Part shown: positions 9,432-19,927 of the stretch, one piece after another | Numbering within the stretch: the first letter of the stretch is position 1 | How the letters are laid out: every line of letters begins with the position of its first letter | Translations under genes and position numbers: made by a program | The notes under the pieces: model-generated | What the model was told of the DNA's origin: nothing | Database searches by the model: none | What the model saw: the letters and a program-made list of their open reading frames with translations, nothing else | Source: Spirochaetia bacterium | GTDB lineage: Bacteria; Spirochaetota; Spirochaetia; SZUA-6; Bin103 | Direction: 5' to 3' | Length of the DNA stretch: 64,000 nucleotides | Assembly (NCBI GenBank): GCA_965199955.1 | Contig: CBDATQ010000003.1 | Location: 1 to 64,000, forward strand

Positions 9432-10130
9432 ATGGTGCCCGGGGCCAGCGAGGTCGGTGCGATGTTCGACCGCATCGCTCCGACCTACGATCGTCTCAAC
9501 CGCCTGCTGTCGCTGCGCTCGGACGTGCGCTGGCGCGACTGCGTCGCCCGCGCGCTGGCCGCCCGCCGCATCCGCAGCGTCCTGGACGTGGCAACCGGCA
9601 CCGGCGACCTGCTGCTGGCGATCGACCGGCGCCTGCCCCGCCTGACCCGCACGGTGGGCGTCGACCTGGCCCCGGACATGCTCCACATCGCCCGCGACAA
9701 GCTGGCGCGGGCCGGCTGTGCCGCGAAGCTCACGCTGGGCGACGCCCACCGCCTGCCGTTCGAGGAGCATTCCTTCGATGCGGTCACGGTCGCGTTCGGC
9801 ATTCGCAACATGGACGACCGTCCGCGCGCGCTGACCGAGATGCGCCGCGTGCTCGCCCGCGGCGGCACCTTGGCGGTGCTGGAGTTCTCGCTTCCCGAGT
9901 CTCCGCGGTTGCGCGCGCTCTACCTGACCTACTTCCGCCACGTGCTGCCGGCCATCGGCCGGCTCGTCTCCGGGGACGGGCACGCCTACCGCTACCTCAA
10001 CGCATCGGTGGAAACGTTCCCGTACGGCACGCGCTTCGTCACCATGCTGCGGCAGGCCGGCTTTCCGGAAGTCACCACCCGACCCCTCACGTTCGGGGTC
10101 GCGACGCTGTACCTGGCACGCAAGTCATGA
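9432..10130 (+). CDS. menG: Demethylmenaquinone methyltransferase (UbiE/MenG); start may be 9387
   Basis: MFDRIAPTYDRLNRLLS, LDVATGTGD, FGIRN and AYRYL. Confidence 0.88.
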   Translation: MVPGASEVGAMFDRIAPTYDRLNRLLSLRSDVRWRDCVARALAARRIRSVLDVATGTGDLLLAIDRRLPRLTRTVGVDLAPDMLHIARDKLARAGCAAKLTLGDAHRLPFEEHSFDAVTVAFGIRNMDDRPRALTEMRRVLARGGTLAVLEFSLPESPRLRALYLTYFRHVLPAIGRLVSGDGHAYRYLNASVETFPYGTRFVTMLRQAGFPEVTTRPLTFGVATLYLARKS

Positions 10131-10164
10131 TGCCGCCCGGCCGCGCTATACTGACGGCCAGCGC

Positions 10165-11508
10165 ATGAGCGACGTCGCTTCCCCGCCTCTGCCGCACACC
10201 GCGACCGGTAACGGCCAGACTCCTCCCAGCGGCGGCGACGGCAGCATCTGCCGCGTTGAGGTGGCCGCCGAGGTCCAGCCGCTGGCGTGGCTGGCCGGCC
10301 GCTCCGAAGGGGAGTTGTGCTTCTGGGCCGACCGCGACGGACACGAAGAGATCGCAGCCGCCGGCATCCTGACCGAGGTCGCCGGCAACGCGGCACCCGG
10401 GGCAGCGGTCTGGATGGAGCGCATCGCCGCTCAACTGGAAGCCGCCGACGAAGGCGTCCGCTTCTACGGAGGCACGCGCTTCGACCCGCAGGCGCCCGCC
10501 GCTCCCGAGTGGCGGACACTCGGCGCCTACCGGTTCGTGGTGCCCCGCTTCGAGGCCGTCAGGCGCGACGGCAGGAAGATGCTGGCCTGCAACTTCAGCG
10601 CCGCAGAGCGCGATGGCCTGCCGGCGTTGCTGGCAGACCTGCAGCGACCGCCGGCAACGGTCCCGGAACCGGCCGGATCGGTCCGCCTGCGCCGCGACGC
10701 CGATGAGCCCGACCGCGGGGGCTGGGCGACGCTCGTGCGCACGGCGCTCGCCACCATCGACGATCCCGCCGAACCCCTGAGCAAGGTGGTCGTGGCGCGC
10801 CGCACCGGCGCGACGGCGTCCGCGCCGATCACCCCCGCGGCGCTGCTGGCCGCCATGAGCCGGTCGGACGACCGCTCGTTCCGCTTCGTGGTGCAGCCCC
10901 GGCCCGGCACGGCCTTCGTCAGCGTCACTCCAGAACGGCTTTTCTCACTTTCCGGAAGCACCGTGCGTACGGAGGCGATTGCCGGCACCCGTCGCCGTGG
11001 CGCTTCTCCGAAGGACGACGATCGCTTGCGGCGGGAGCTGGCGGCGTCGGCCAAGGACGCGCTGGAGCACCGCATCGTGCATGACGCGATCGACCGCGCA
11101 CTCACCGGTCTGTGCACGGATACCGCCGCCGGAGAAACCACCGTGCTGAGTCTGCCCGCCCTCCAGCACCTGATGAGTCGTCTTTCGGGCGAACTGGCCC
11201 CCGGCATGGGCATCGCCGACCTGGTGGACGCCTTGCATCCCACACCGGCTGTGGGGGGCGAGCCGGCTGAAGCCGCGCGCCGTTTCCTGACCCGGCACGA
11301 GCCGTTCGACCGCGGCTGGTACGCCGCGCCGGTGGGCTGGGTCGGTCACGGCGAGGCCTCCTTCGCGGTGGCCATCCGTTCTGCGCTGATCGACGGCAGG
11401 TCGGTGTGGCTTTACACCGGCAACGGGCTGGTGAACGGCTCCTGCCCGGACGCGGAGTGGGCGGAGCTGGAAGCCAAGATCGGCTGCTACTTCACGCCCG
11501 GCGGCTGA
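10165..11508 (+). CDS. menF: Isochorismate synthase
   Basis: KVVVAR, TPERL, EAIAGT, LHPTPAVGG and FDRGWYA. Confidence 0.9.
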   Translation: MSDVASPPLPHTATGNGQTPPSGGDGSICRVEVAAEVQPLAWLAGRSEGELCFWADRDGHEEIAAAGILTEVAGNAAPGAAVWMERIAAQLEAADEGVRFYGGTRFDPQAPAAPEWRTLGAYRFVVPRFEAVRRDGRKMLACNFSAAERDGLPALLADLQRPPATVPEPAGSVRLRRDADEPDRGGWATLVRTALATIDDPAEPLSKVVVARRTGATASAPITPAALLAAMSRSDDRSFRFVVQPRPGTAFVSVTPERLFSLSGSTVRTEAIAGTRRRGASPKDDDRLRRELAASAKDALEHRIVHDAIDRALTGLCTDTAAGETTVLSLPALQHLMSRLSGELAPGMGIADLVDALHPTPAVGGEPAEAARRFLTRHEPFDRGWYAAPVGWVGHGEASFAVAIRSALIDGRSVWLYTGNGLVNGSCPDAEWAELEAKIGCYFTPGG

Positions 11509-11527
11509 GTTCCCACTGACCGCACCC

Positions 11528-13279
11528 ATGCGGAACCGCTTGTGGGGCGAGCTGATCATCGACGAGCTGGTCCGCTGCGGTTGCCGCGCCGCGTGGGTCT
11601 GTCCCGGCGCCCGCTCCGCTCCGCTCGCGGCCGCGGCCGCCCGCTCCGCCGAGCTGGAGGTGTCGATCTGCATCGACGAGCGTGCCGCCGGCTACCAGGC
11701 CGTCAACGCCGCACGCGCCTCCGGACTTCCCTCCACCGTAATCTGCACTTCCGGCACGGCCGGCGCAAACCTGCTGCCGGCCGCGGTGGAGGCGGGCCTG
11801 AGCGGCGTGCCGCTGCTTCTGTTGACCGCCGACCGGCCCCCTGAGCTGCGCGACACCGGCGCCAACCAGACGATCGACCAGCCCGACCTGTTCGGCCGCG
11901 CCGCAGCATGGCGCTTCGACCTGCCGGTGCCGGACGACCGAATCGATCCGGCGGCGCTTCTGACCACGATCGATCAGGCCGTGCACCGGGCCCGTACGGC
12001 GGCGGCCGCCGTGCACCTGAATTGCATGTTCTGCGAACCGCTGCTGGATGACGGGCGCGTGGAGGCCATCGGGCGTCCGGCCGGCAGACGTCCGTTCACC
12101 ACCTACTCCGCGGCCCCCACCGAACCGGAGCCTGCGTCGGTGGCGGATACCGCCACCGCGTTGCGGGGCGCCACCGCCGGTCTGCTCGCGGTCGGGCCAC
12201 TGCCGGCGGGGACCGACCGGCACATGATCGCCTCTCTGGCCGCGACGCTGGGCTGGCCGGCGCTGGCCGACATCCAGTCCGGCCTGCGCCACCCGTGGCC
12301 GGGTCGTCCGGAGCTCGCGATCGTGCGCCATCACGACCTCGTGCTGGCGCATGCAAGCACGGCGCTGCCGGCCCCGGACGTGGTGCTGCACCTCGGAGGC
12401 CGGCTCACCTCCAAGGCATACCTGGGACTGCTGGGCGCGGCGCGGCCGGCCGCCTGCGTGCACGTCGCCGGGCACCCGCGCCGCATCGACCCCGAGCACG
12501 TGGTCACCAGTCGCGTGCAGGCGGCGCCCGACCGCTTCTGCGCGGCGCTCGAAGCGGAGCTCGGCGCCGGCGAGCCGGCCGGAGGCGGAGCGCCCGGGCT
12601 GGTCGCGGCAGGCGCGGCTGCGGCAGGCGAAGTGGCGTCAGTGCTCGACGCCGAGCCGGTCAGCGAGCCGGCGACCGCCCGCGACCTGATCGAGTTGCTG
12701 CCGGCCGGCTGGGGCGCGTTCGCGGCCAGCAGCATGCCGGTCCGTGACCTCGACACCTTTGCGGAAGACTCGGCCTCGCGCCCCGCGCCGCTGGCCGTCG
12801 GGGCCAACCGCGGCGCCAGCGGGATCGACGGCGCGATCGCCTCCGCGGTCGGGTTCGCCGCCGGCCTCCGGGCGCCGATCGGCGCGCTGCTCGGCGACCT
12901 CGCGGTCCTGCACGACCTGGGCTCGCTGGCCGTGTTGGCCCGCTCGCCGCAGCCGGTGGTGCTGGTGGTGGTCAACAACGACGGGGGCGGCATCTTCAGT
13001 TTCCTGCCGGCGCTTGCCGGCCAGGAAGACGTGTTCGAGCGCTGCTTCGGCACTCCGCACGGCTACCGCTTCGAGCACGCCTGCCGGATGTTCGACCTGG
13101 ACTACCACCGGCCGGACACGCGCGCGGAAGCGCGTGCGGCGCTCGGACGCTGTTTCGCGACCGGGCGGCCGGCGCTCGTCGAAGTCGGCACCGACCGGCA
13201 CGAGAACCTCGCCCTGCACCGGCGGCTGCGTGCCGCGGTGGGTGCCGCCATCGACGCGGCCGGGCGGGCGGGGGAATGA
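11528..13279 (+). CDS. menD: SEPHCHC synthase
   Basis: CPGARSAPL, DER, TADRPPEL..GANQTI, NRGASGIDG and GD..NNDGGGIF. Confidence 0.95.
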   Translation: MRNRLWGELIIDELVRCGCRAAWVCPGARSAPLAAAAARSAELEVSICIDERAAGYQAVNAARASGLPSTVICTSGTAGANLLPAAVEAGLSGVPLLLLTADRPPELRDTGANQTIDQPDLFGRAAAWRFDLPVPDDRIDPAALLTTIDQAVHRARTAAAAVHLNCMFCEPLLDDGRVEAIGRPAGRRPFTTYSAAPTEPEPASVADTATALRGATAGLLAVGPLPAGTDRHMIASLAATLGWPALADIQSGLRHPWPGRPELAIVRHHDLVLAHASTALPAPDVVLHLGGRLTSKAYLGLLGAARPAACVHVAGHPRRIDPEHVVTSRVQAAPDRFCAALEAELGAGEPAGGGAPGLVAAGAAAAGEVASVLDAEPVSEPATARDLIELLPAGWGAFAASSMPVRDLDTFAEDSASRPAPLAVGANRGASGIDGAIASAVGFAAGLRAPIGALLGDLAVLHDLGSLAVLARSPQPVVLVVVNNDGGGIFSFLPALAGQEDVFERCFGTPHGYRFEHACRMFDLDYHRPDTRAEARAALGRCFATGRPALVEVGTDRHENLALHRRLRAAVGAAIDAAGRAGE

Positions 13280-14019
13280 ACGACGCGGCGCCTACCGCCG
13301 TGCTGCTGCACGGCTTCCTGGGCAGCCCGGACGACTGGAAGCCGCTCGCCGACCGGTTTTCCGGACGGCTGCAGTGCGTAGCGCCGCCACTGGTGGAGCA
13401 TCCGACCCTCGCCTCGCTGGAGACGGCGATCTGCAGGACGGTCCCGGGTCCGGCGGTGTTGATCGGCTACTCGATGGGCGCCCGGCTGGCGCTGCACCTG
13501 CTGCTGCGCGACCCGGACCGCTACCGGGCCGGCGTGCTGGCCTGCGGCTCCCCCGGCGTTCCTACCGCGACGGGGCGGGCCGAGCGGCGACGCGGCGACG
13601 CTTGCCTGGCCGCGCGCCTGCGCGGGCTTGACGGCGGCGATGCGCTGCGTGGCTTCCTGGACGACTGGTACGCCCAGCCGATCTTCGCCCGGGTGCGCTC
13701 GCATCCGTGCTACCAGGCCATGCTGGCGCGCCGCCTGCGGATCGACCCCCGCGCCTGGGCGGCCACGCTGACGCACCTGGGCACCGGCGCGCTGCCGCCG
13801 CTCTGGGACGAGCTGCCTCGCCTCCGGCAGCCCACCCTGGTCGTGGCCGGCACGCTCGACAACCGCTACGCGAGCATCACCGCGCGGATGGAGGAACGGA
13901 ACGACGCGATCCGCGCTCGCCTCCTCACGGACTGCGGCCACGCCGTGATCTGTGAAAAGTCGGCCGAATTTGCTACACAGGTGGAGACCTTCCTCGACGA
14001 GGAGCTCCGGAAACCATGA
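13276..14019 (+). CDS. menH: SHCHC synthase (alpha/beta hydrolase)
   Basis: LHGFLG, GYSMGAR and WYAQPIF; lies between menD and menB. Confidence 0.88.
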   Translation: MNDAAPTAVLLHGFLGSPDDWKPLADRFSGRLQCVAPPLVEHPTLASLETAICRTVPGPAVLIGYSMGARLALHLLLRDPDRYRAGVLACGSPGVPTATGRAERRRGDACLAARLRGLDGGDALRGFLDDWYAQPIFARVRSHPCYQAMLARRLRIDPRAWAATLTHLGTGALPPLWDELPRLRQPTLVVAGTLDNRYASITARMEERNDAIRARLLTDCGHAVICEKSAEFATQVETFLDEELRKP

Positions 14020-14837
14020 GTCAGATCGACTGGACGGCCTGCGGATCGTACCGCGAGATCCTGTTCCACAAGGCCAGCGGGATCGCCAAGATCACCATCA
14101 ACCGCCCGCACGTGCGCAACGCTTTCACGCCGCTGACCGTGGAAGAGATGATGGACGCGCTGCGCGACGCCACGGACGACAGCAGCATCGGCGTGGTCAT
14201 CCTGACCGGCGCGGGCGAGCTGGCGTTCTGCTCCGGCGGCGACCAGAAGGTGCGCGGCCACGCCGGCTACCAGGACGAGGAAGGGGTCGACCGCCTCAAC
14301 GTGCTGGAGTTCCAGCGGCAGATGCGGCGCTGCCCGCTGCCCATCGTCGCCATGGTGGCCGGCTTCGCGATCGGCGGCGGCCACGTCCTGCATGTGATGT
14401 GCGACCTGACCATCGCCGCCGACAACGCCGTGTTCGGCCAGACCGGCCCGCGCGTCGGATCGTTCGACGGCGGCTTCGGCGCCAGCTACCTGGCGCGCAT
14501 CGTCGGCCAGAAGAAGGCCCGCGAGATCTGGTACCTGTGCAAGCAGTACGACGCGCAGGAGGCGCTGGCGATGGGCCTGGTCAACACGGTGGTGCCGCTG
14601 GCCGACCTGGAGTCGGAGACCGTGAACTGGTGCCGGCAGATCCTCCGGCATTCACCCACCGCCATCCGCTGCCTGAAGGCGGCGTTCAACGCCGACTGCG
14701 ACGGGCAGGCCGGGCTGCAGGAGCTGGCCGGCGCGGCGACCATGCTGTTCTACCAGACGGAGGAAGCGCAGGAAGGCCGGGACGCCTTCGTGCAGAAGCG
14801 GCAGCCGGACTTCTCCGGGTTCCCGCGCCGTCCCTGA
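14016..14837 (+). CDS. menB: 1,4-dihydroxy-2-naphthoyl-CoA synthase
   Basis: [21 protein letters not shown] and KKAREIW. Confidence 0.97.
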   Translation: MSQIDWTACGSYREILFHKASGIAKITINRPHVRNAFTPLTVEEMMDALRDATDDSSIGVVILTGAGELAFCSGGDQKVRGHAGYQDEEGVDRLNVLEFQRQMRRCPLPIVAMVAGFAIGGGHVLHVMCDLTIAADNAVFGQTGPRVGSFDGGFGASYLARIVGQKKAREIWYLCKQYDAQEALAMGLVNTVVPLADLESETVNWCRQILRHSPTAIRCLKAAFNADCDGQAGLQELAGAATMLFYQTEEAQEGRDAFVQKRQPDFSGFPRRP

Positions 14838-14847
14838 CGCTGCCGGG

Positions 14848-15738
14848 GTGAAGCAGAAGAGCAAGACCGCGATCTGGCTGGAGGCGGCGCGACCGCGCAC
14901 GCTGCCGGCCGCCGCCGCGCCGGTCCTGATCGGCGCGGTGATGGCGGCTGCCGACGACGCCTTCGCCTGGGCGGCCGCGGTGCTGGCGCTCCTCGGGGCG
15001 CTCTCCATCCAGATCGGCACCAACCTGCACAACGACCACGCCGACCACGCGCGCGGCGCCGACACCGCCGACCGGGTCGGGCCGCGGCGGGTGGCGCAGG
15101 CCGGCCTGCTCGAGCCGGCCGAGCTGCGCCGCGGCATCGCCGTGGTGTTCGCGGCGGCGGGCGTGATCGGCGTGATCGCCGCCATCGTGGGCGGCTGGCC
15201 GATCCTGGTGGTGCTGGTCGCCTCGGTCGCCGCCGCGCTCGCCTATACCGGCGGGCCCCGGCCGCTCGGCTACCTGGGGTTTGGCGACGTGATGGCGTTT
15301 GTGTTCTTCGGGCCGGTCGCCGTCGCCGCCACCTACTTCCTGCATTCCGGGACCTGGACGATCGATGCGATCGTCGCCGGCGCCGGCCCCGGCCTGCTGG
15401 CGGCGGCGATCCTGACCGTCAACAACCTGCGCGACATCGAAACCGACCGCGCCGCCGGCAAGCGCACCCTGGCCGTCCGCTTCGGCGCCGGCTTCGCGCG
15501 CGCCGAATACCTGGGCTGCATCGTTGGCGCCGCCGTGGTGCCGACTGTGCTGGCGATCGCCACCGGCCGCTGGGCCGGAGCGCTGCCCCTGATGACGCTC
15601 ATCGCCGCGATGCCGTGGGTCCTGGTCGTGCTGCGTCCCGACAGCCGCCCCCCCGATCTCAACCACGCCCTGGCCGGCACGGCCCGCGCCATGCTCATCC
15701 ACGCCCTGCTGTTCTCCATCGGATGGTCGATCGCCTGA
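14848..15738 (+). CDS. menA: DHNA prenyltransferase
   Basis: ARPRTL, QIGTNL.ND and NNLRDIETD..GKRTLAV. Confidence 0.93.
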   Translation: MKQKSKTAIWLEAARPRTLPAAAAPVLIGAVMAAADDAFAWAAAVLALLGALSIQIGTNLHNDHADHARGADTADRVGPRRVAQAGLLEPAELRRGIAVVFAAAGVIGVIAAIVGGWPILVVLVASVAAALAYTGGPRPLGYLGFGDVMAFVFFGPVAVAATYFLHSGTWTIDAIVAGAGPGLLAAAILTVNNLRDIETDRAAGKRTLAVRFGAGFARAEYLGCIVGAAVVPTVLAIATGRWAGALPLMTLIAAMPWVLVVLRPDSRPPDLNHALAGTARAMLIHALLFSIGWSIA

Positions 15739-17138
15739 AGTCAGGGCCGCTCGACCTGATCGAGCTGCTCCGCTCGCACGGCGAGTCGATCGCGCTGGCC
15801 GGCGCCGAACACCCTCCCGGCGAGGGGCTGAGCTACCGCCGGCTGGCCGACGCGGCCGGCGGCTGGGTGGAGCGCTTCCAGTCCTACGGACTGACCTCCG
15901 GCTCACGGCTTACCGTGCAGGCGGAGAACAGCGCCGTGCTGGCCGCGTTCCTGTACGGCGTGTGGTCCGCGGGCCTGCTGCCGCTGATCCTGAGCCCGCT
16001 GCTGCCGGTGCAGCGCGTGCGCGAGCTGGGCACGGAGCTCCGCAGCGGCCCGCCGTTCACCGCCGCCGACCTGGACCTGCCGAGCGGCGGCGGCGCGGAC
16101 CCGGTCGACCCGAACGCGCCGGCCACCGCGCTGCTGACCTCCGGCAGCACCGGCAACCCGCGGGCGGTGGTCCACACGCTGGCCAACCATCTCTACAGCG
16201 CCATCGGCTCCGCCGCCAACCTGCCGCTCGAGCGCGACGACCGCTGGCTGGTCGCGCTGCCCATGAGCCACGTGGTCGGGCTGTCGATCCTGTTCCGCTG
16301 CCTGCTCGCCGGGGCGAAGGCCCTCATCGCCCGCTCCGGCTCCTTTCGCGAGGACGATCAAGGCGCGGACGACGCGCTGGCGCTGCTACCGCACGCGACC
16401 CGTCTCTCGATCGTACCAGCGCAACTCCAGCGGCTGATCGAGCTGCCCGAGGACCGGCGCGCCGCCCTGCGCAGCGTGCTGGTCGGCGGCCAGGCGACGG
16501 CACCGGCCCTGCTCGACCGCGCGCGGGCGGCCGGCGTCCCGGTGCTGCCCACATACGGCTCGACCGAGATGGCATCGCAGGTCGCCACCGCCGCCCCCGG
16601 CACCGAACTGCCACCCGGCGCGAGCGGCCGTGTGCTGCCGCACCGGCGACTGCGCATCCACGACGGCCAGGTAGAGGTCGGCGGCGAGACGCAATTCGCC
16701 GGCTACCTGCGCCCCGACGGCATCGAACCGCCGCCACTCGCATCCGGCGGCTGGTTCGCGACCGGCGACGGCGGACGCCTCGAAGACGGCGTCCTGACCA
16801 TCACCGGCCGCGCCGACGGCATGTTCATCTCGGGCGGAGAAAACATCCATCCGCAGGAGATCGAGGAGGTGCTCGGCGCCCACCCGGCGGTGGCGCTCGC
16901 CGTGGTGGTGCCCGCCCCCGACCCCGAGTTCGGCTCCCGCCCGGTGGCGTTCATCGAATCACGAGGCCTCCCGCCGGAAGACGAGTTGCACGCCCTGCTC
17001 GCCGAGCGGCTGCCTCGCTACAAGCGCCCCGTCCGCTACCAACCGCTGCCGGCGGACGCCCTCACCCCCCTCGGCAAGCCCGACCGCGTGCGGCTGACGG
17101 AGCTGGCACGCATCAGCGATGCCGCGAGCAGCGGCTGA
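15723..17138 (+). CDS. menE: o-succinylbenzoate-CoA ligase (start approximate)
   Basis: TSGSTGNP, YGSTEMASQ, TGD and FISGGENIHP. Confidence 0.88.
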   Translation: MVDRLKSGPLDLIELLRSHGESIALAGAEHPPGEGLSYRRLADAAGGWVERFQSYGLTSGSRLTVQAENSAVLAAFLYGVWSAGLLPLILSPLLPVQRVRELGTELRSGPPFTAADLDLPSGGGADPVDPNAPATALLTSGSTGNPRAVVHTLANHLYSAIGSAANLPLERDDRWLVALPMSHVVGLSILFRCLLAGAKALIARSGSFREDDQGADDALALLPHATRLSIVPAQLQRLIELPEDRRAALRSVLVGGQATAPALLDRARAAGVPVLPTYGSTEMASQVATAAPGTELPPGASGRVLPHRRLRIHDGQVEVGGETQFAGYLRPDGIEPPPLASGGWFATGDGGRLEDGVLTITGRADGMFISGGENIHPQEIEEVLGAHPAVALAVVVPAPDPEFGSRPVAFIESRGLPPEDELHALLAERLPRYKRPVRYQPLPADALTPLGKPDRVRLTELARISDAASSG

Positions 17139-17271
17139 TCCGATAGAGTGTTGCGAGGTGCTGGCTGGATGGCAGGAACGTTCGGGTAGATTTCACTGAG
17201 AAGATGCTTACGCGGCGAACATGGAGCAGGACGACTTCATCTCGGACCGGAGCTTACTGTACTACCCACCG

Positions 17272-17361
17272 ATGGATGAGTTCTTCCGCAAGCCGATCCT
17301 GAAATCGCCTTACGAGTATCCCCGTCATTGGGAGGTAGCACGAGAGGACGCCGCGACGTGA
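17272..17361 (+). pseudogene. N-terminal stub resembling a type III restriction (Res) subunit
   Basis: MDEFFRKPILKSPYEYPRHWE resembles the recalled FFxxPILNSPYExPxxHWE N-terminus; stops after 29 codons. Confidence 0.55.
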
Positions 17362-18605
17362 GCAACGACAACGGAGGTCGCCTCCAAGGCGCTGCCAGTG
17401 CGGAGCCTCATCGGAGTGACACCGATCCGCGACTGGTGACCCGGGTCCGGCTGCGGAACTACAAGAGCATCGCTACCTGCGACGTGGAGCCCGACCCGCT
17501 CTGCTTCCTGGTCGGCCCCAACGGCTGCGGGAAGAGCAACTTCCTGGACGCGCTGCGCTTCGTGGCTGAGGCGCTGCGCTTCTCTCTGGAGCACGCGCTG
17601 CGTGACCGTGGCGGCATACAGGAGGTGCGGAGACGCTCGGGAGGCCACCCCAACCACTTCGGTATACGACTCGATCTTCAGCTCCCCCGTGCGGTCGGCT
17701 GGTATGCGTTTCAGGTTGCGGCGAAACCCGGTGGTCGTTACAGCGTGCAGCAGGAAGAGTGCTTCGTCGCGGGTGAGGGCGGCCACGGCTCCTACAAAGT
17801 AGCAAACGGCATCGTGGAAGCCAGCACGATACCCAATCCCCCGGTTTGCGCCAGCGACCGCCTCTATCTCGTCAACATGTCCGGGTTCGACGTGTTCCGC
17901 CTCCTCTATGACGCGCTGTCCGGAATGGGCTTCTACAACCTGAATCCGGATGTTATCCGAGATCTCCAGGCACATGACCCGGGCGAGATCCTGAAACGGG
18001 ACGGAAGCAATTTGGCGAGCGTGCTGTCCCGCCTCGACGGCGGCCGCAAGACGGCCGTGGAAGAGTACCTTGCAGCGATCGCTCCCGGCGTTACCGGTGT
18101 TGCGGCGCGAGACATGGGCACCAAGTTCACCCTCGACTTCCGTCAGGAGGTGCGGGGAGCCAAGCACCCATGGCGGTTCCTGGCCAGCAACATGTCCGAC
18201 GGCACGTTGCGCGCGCTAGGCGTCCTGGTGGCGCTGTTTCAGGGCCACGGCGAAACGATGGGCCGCCGTCATCTGGTGGGCATCGAAGAGCCGGAGAGTG
18301 CCCTGCATCCTGCCGCCGCCGGCGTCCTGATCGACAGCCTCACCGATGCCAGCCAGTTGGCCCAGGTCGTGGTGACCAGTCACAGCGCGGATCTGCTCGA
18401 CAACGACGCCATCCCCGACAGCGCGATCCTGGCCGTTCTGTCCGAACACGCGGAAACCCGGATCGGCCCCCTCGACGAGGCCGGCCGCTCCGCGCTCCGC
18501 GATCACCTGTTCACCGCGGGCGAACTGCTACGGATGGACCAGTTGCGCCCCGATCCGGAGCAGGCAGTTCATCGCCAGCTCGATCTGTTCGCGAGCACTC
18601 GCTGA
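17358..18605 (+). CDS. AAA_21/AbiEii-like ABC-fold ATPase
   Basis: NYKSI, GPNGCGKSN, MSDGT, IEEPE..LHP and TSHS. Confidence 0.85.
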   Translation: MSNDNGGRLQGAASAEPHRSDTDPRLVTRVRLRNYKSIATCDVEPDPLCFLVGPNGCGKSNFLDALRFVAEALRFSLEHALRDRGGIQEVRRRSGGHPNHFGIRLDLQLPRAVGWYAFQVAAKPGGRYSVQQEECFVAGEGGHGSYKVANGIVEASTIPNPPVCASDRLYLVNMSGFDVFRLLYDALSGMGFYNLNPDVIRDLQAHDPGEILKRDGSNLASVLSRLDGGRKTAVEEYLAAIAPGVTGVAARDMGTKFTLDFRQEVRGAKHPWRFLASNMSDGTLRALGVLVALFQGHGETMGRRHLVGIEEPESALHPAAAGVLIDSLTDASQLAQVVVTSHSADLLDNDAIPDSAILAVLSEHAETRIGPLDEAGRSALRDHLFTAGELLRMDQLRPDPEQAVHRQLDLFASTR

Positions 18606-18608
18606 CGG

Positions 18609-18680
18609 ATGTCAACAATCGTCACGATAGTGGAAGGGCCGGGCGAAGTGGACGCCATCCCGATCCTCGACCCGCTATGA
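18609..18680 (+). pseudogene. DUF4276/TOPRIM-like N-terminal stub
   Basis: MSTIVTIVEGPGEVDAIPIL then stop; this family commonly follows such ATPases. Confidence 0.6.
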
Positions 18681-18714
18681 TCGGGGCTGACCGTCAGGTT
18701 TCCCGGAGGTTCCT

Positions 18715-19896
18715 GTGAGCCGAATCGACCGCGTTCAGATTCGCGAGTTCTCGTTCGACGTGCCCGACATCGGGTTGGAGCAGGCCACGGCCGGCGTCGG
18801 CAACATGGCCTACGTCAAGGGCGCCACCCACACCGCCCGCCGCTTCGCGGTCCGCATCGGCACCGACGACGGAGCCAGCGGGGAGTACGTCACGCACTGG
18901 GTGGGGACGCCCGCGTCCTTCGCGCAGGCGCAGATGCTCGCACCGCTGCTGCTGGGGCGCGACCCGGACCGGCGCGAGGAGATCTACGACGACCTGAAGC
19001 GTGAGTTGCGCGCCTATGACCACATGGGGCAGGGCGTGATGGACATCGCTCTCTGGGACCTGGCCGGCAAGCGGCTGGGCATCTCGGTGTCGCGGCTGCT
19101 GGGCGGCTTCCGCGAGCGGCTGCCGACCTACGCCAGCACCTATCACGGCCAATTGGGTCCCGGAGGACTGAACAGCCCGCAGGCGTTCGCGGACTTCGCC
19201 GCCGAATGCCAGGCGGCCGGCTTCGCGGGATTCAAGGTCCACGGCTGGAACGACGGCGACGTGGCGCGCGAGACGGACAACCTGCGCGCGGTGCGCGCCC
19301 GGGTCGGCGACGGCTTCCGTATCATGCTGGACCCGGCCTGCCAGCTCCGCACCTGGAACGACGCGCTGGCCGTCGGCCGCGTCTGCGACGAGATCGGCTG
19401 CTTCTGGTACGAGGACCCGTACCGCGACTCCGGCATCGCCGCGGAAGGGCACCGCCGCCTGCGCGAGCGGCTGTCGACGCCGCTGCTGGTCACCGAGCAC
19501 GTGCGCACGCTGGAGCAGAAGGCGGCGTTCCTGGTGGCCGGCGGCTGCGACATGATCCACGCCGATCCCGAGTACGACCTGGGCATCACCGGCGTGATGA
19601 AGATCGCCCACCTCAGCGAGGCGTTCGGGCTCGACCTGCAGGTGCACGCCTGCGGGCCCGCCCACCGGGCGGTGGTCTCGGCGCTGCGCAACACCCACCT
19701 CTACGAGCTGGCGCTGATGGGTCCCGGCATGCGCAACCTGGTCCCGCCGGTGTACGACGGGTACTCGGACCAGTCCGACGCGGTCGGCGCCGACGGCTGC
19801 GTGCCCGTTCCCGACGGACCGGGCCTGGGCGTCAGCTACGACTGGGACTACATCGAGCGCAACACCACCACGTCCGCCGACATCACCGTGGACTGA
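18715..19896 (+). CDS. Enolase-superfamily enzyme (mandelate racemase-like)
   Basis: DIALWDL.GK, metal ligands in DPAC/YEDP/TEH and C-terminal PGLG. Confidence 0.88.
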   Translation: MSRIDRVQIREFSFDVPDIGLEQATAGVGNMAYVKGATHTARRFAVRIGTDDGASGEYVTHWVGTPASFAQAQMLAPLLLGRDPDRREEIYDDLKRELRAYDHMGQGVMDIALWDLAGKRLGISVSRLLGGFRERLPTYASTYHGQLGPGGLNSPQAFADFAAECQAAGFAGFKVHGWNDGDVARETDNLRAVRARVGDGFRIMLDPACQLRTWNDALAVGRVCDEIGCFWYEDPYRDSGIAAEGHRRLRERLSTPLLVTEHVRTLEQKAAFLVAGGCDMIHADPEYDLGITGVMKIAHLSEAFGLDLQVHACGPAHRAVVSALRNTHLYELALMGPGMRNLVPPVYDGYSDQSDAVGADGCVPVPDGPGLGVSYDWDYIERNTTTSADITVD

Positions 19897-19927
19897 AGCG
19901 GGCCGCCGCGCGTGCTACCGTCGCGGC

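Noticed and set aside
18715..19896. Enolase-family gene as the missing menC
   Set aside because: KxH and His/Asp signatures instead of the Lys/Lys pair of OSB synthases; paired with an aldolase
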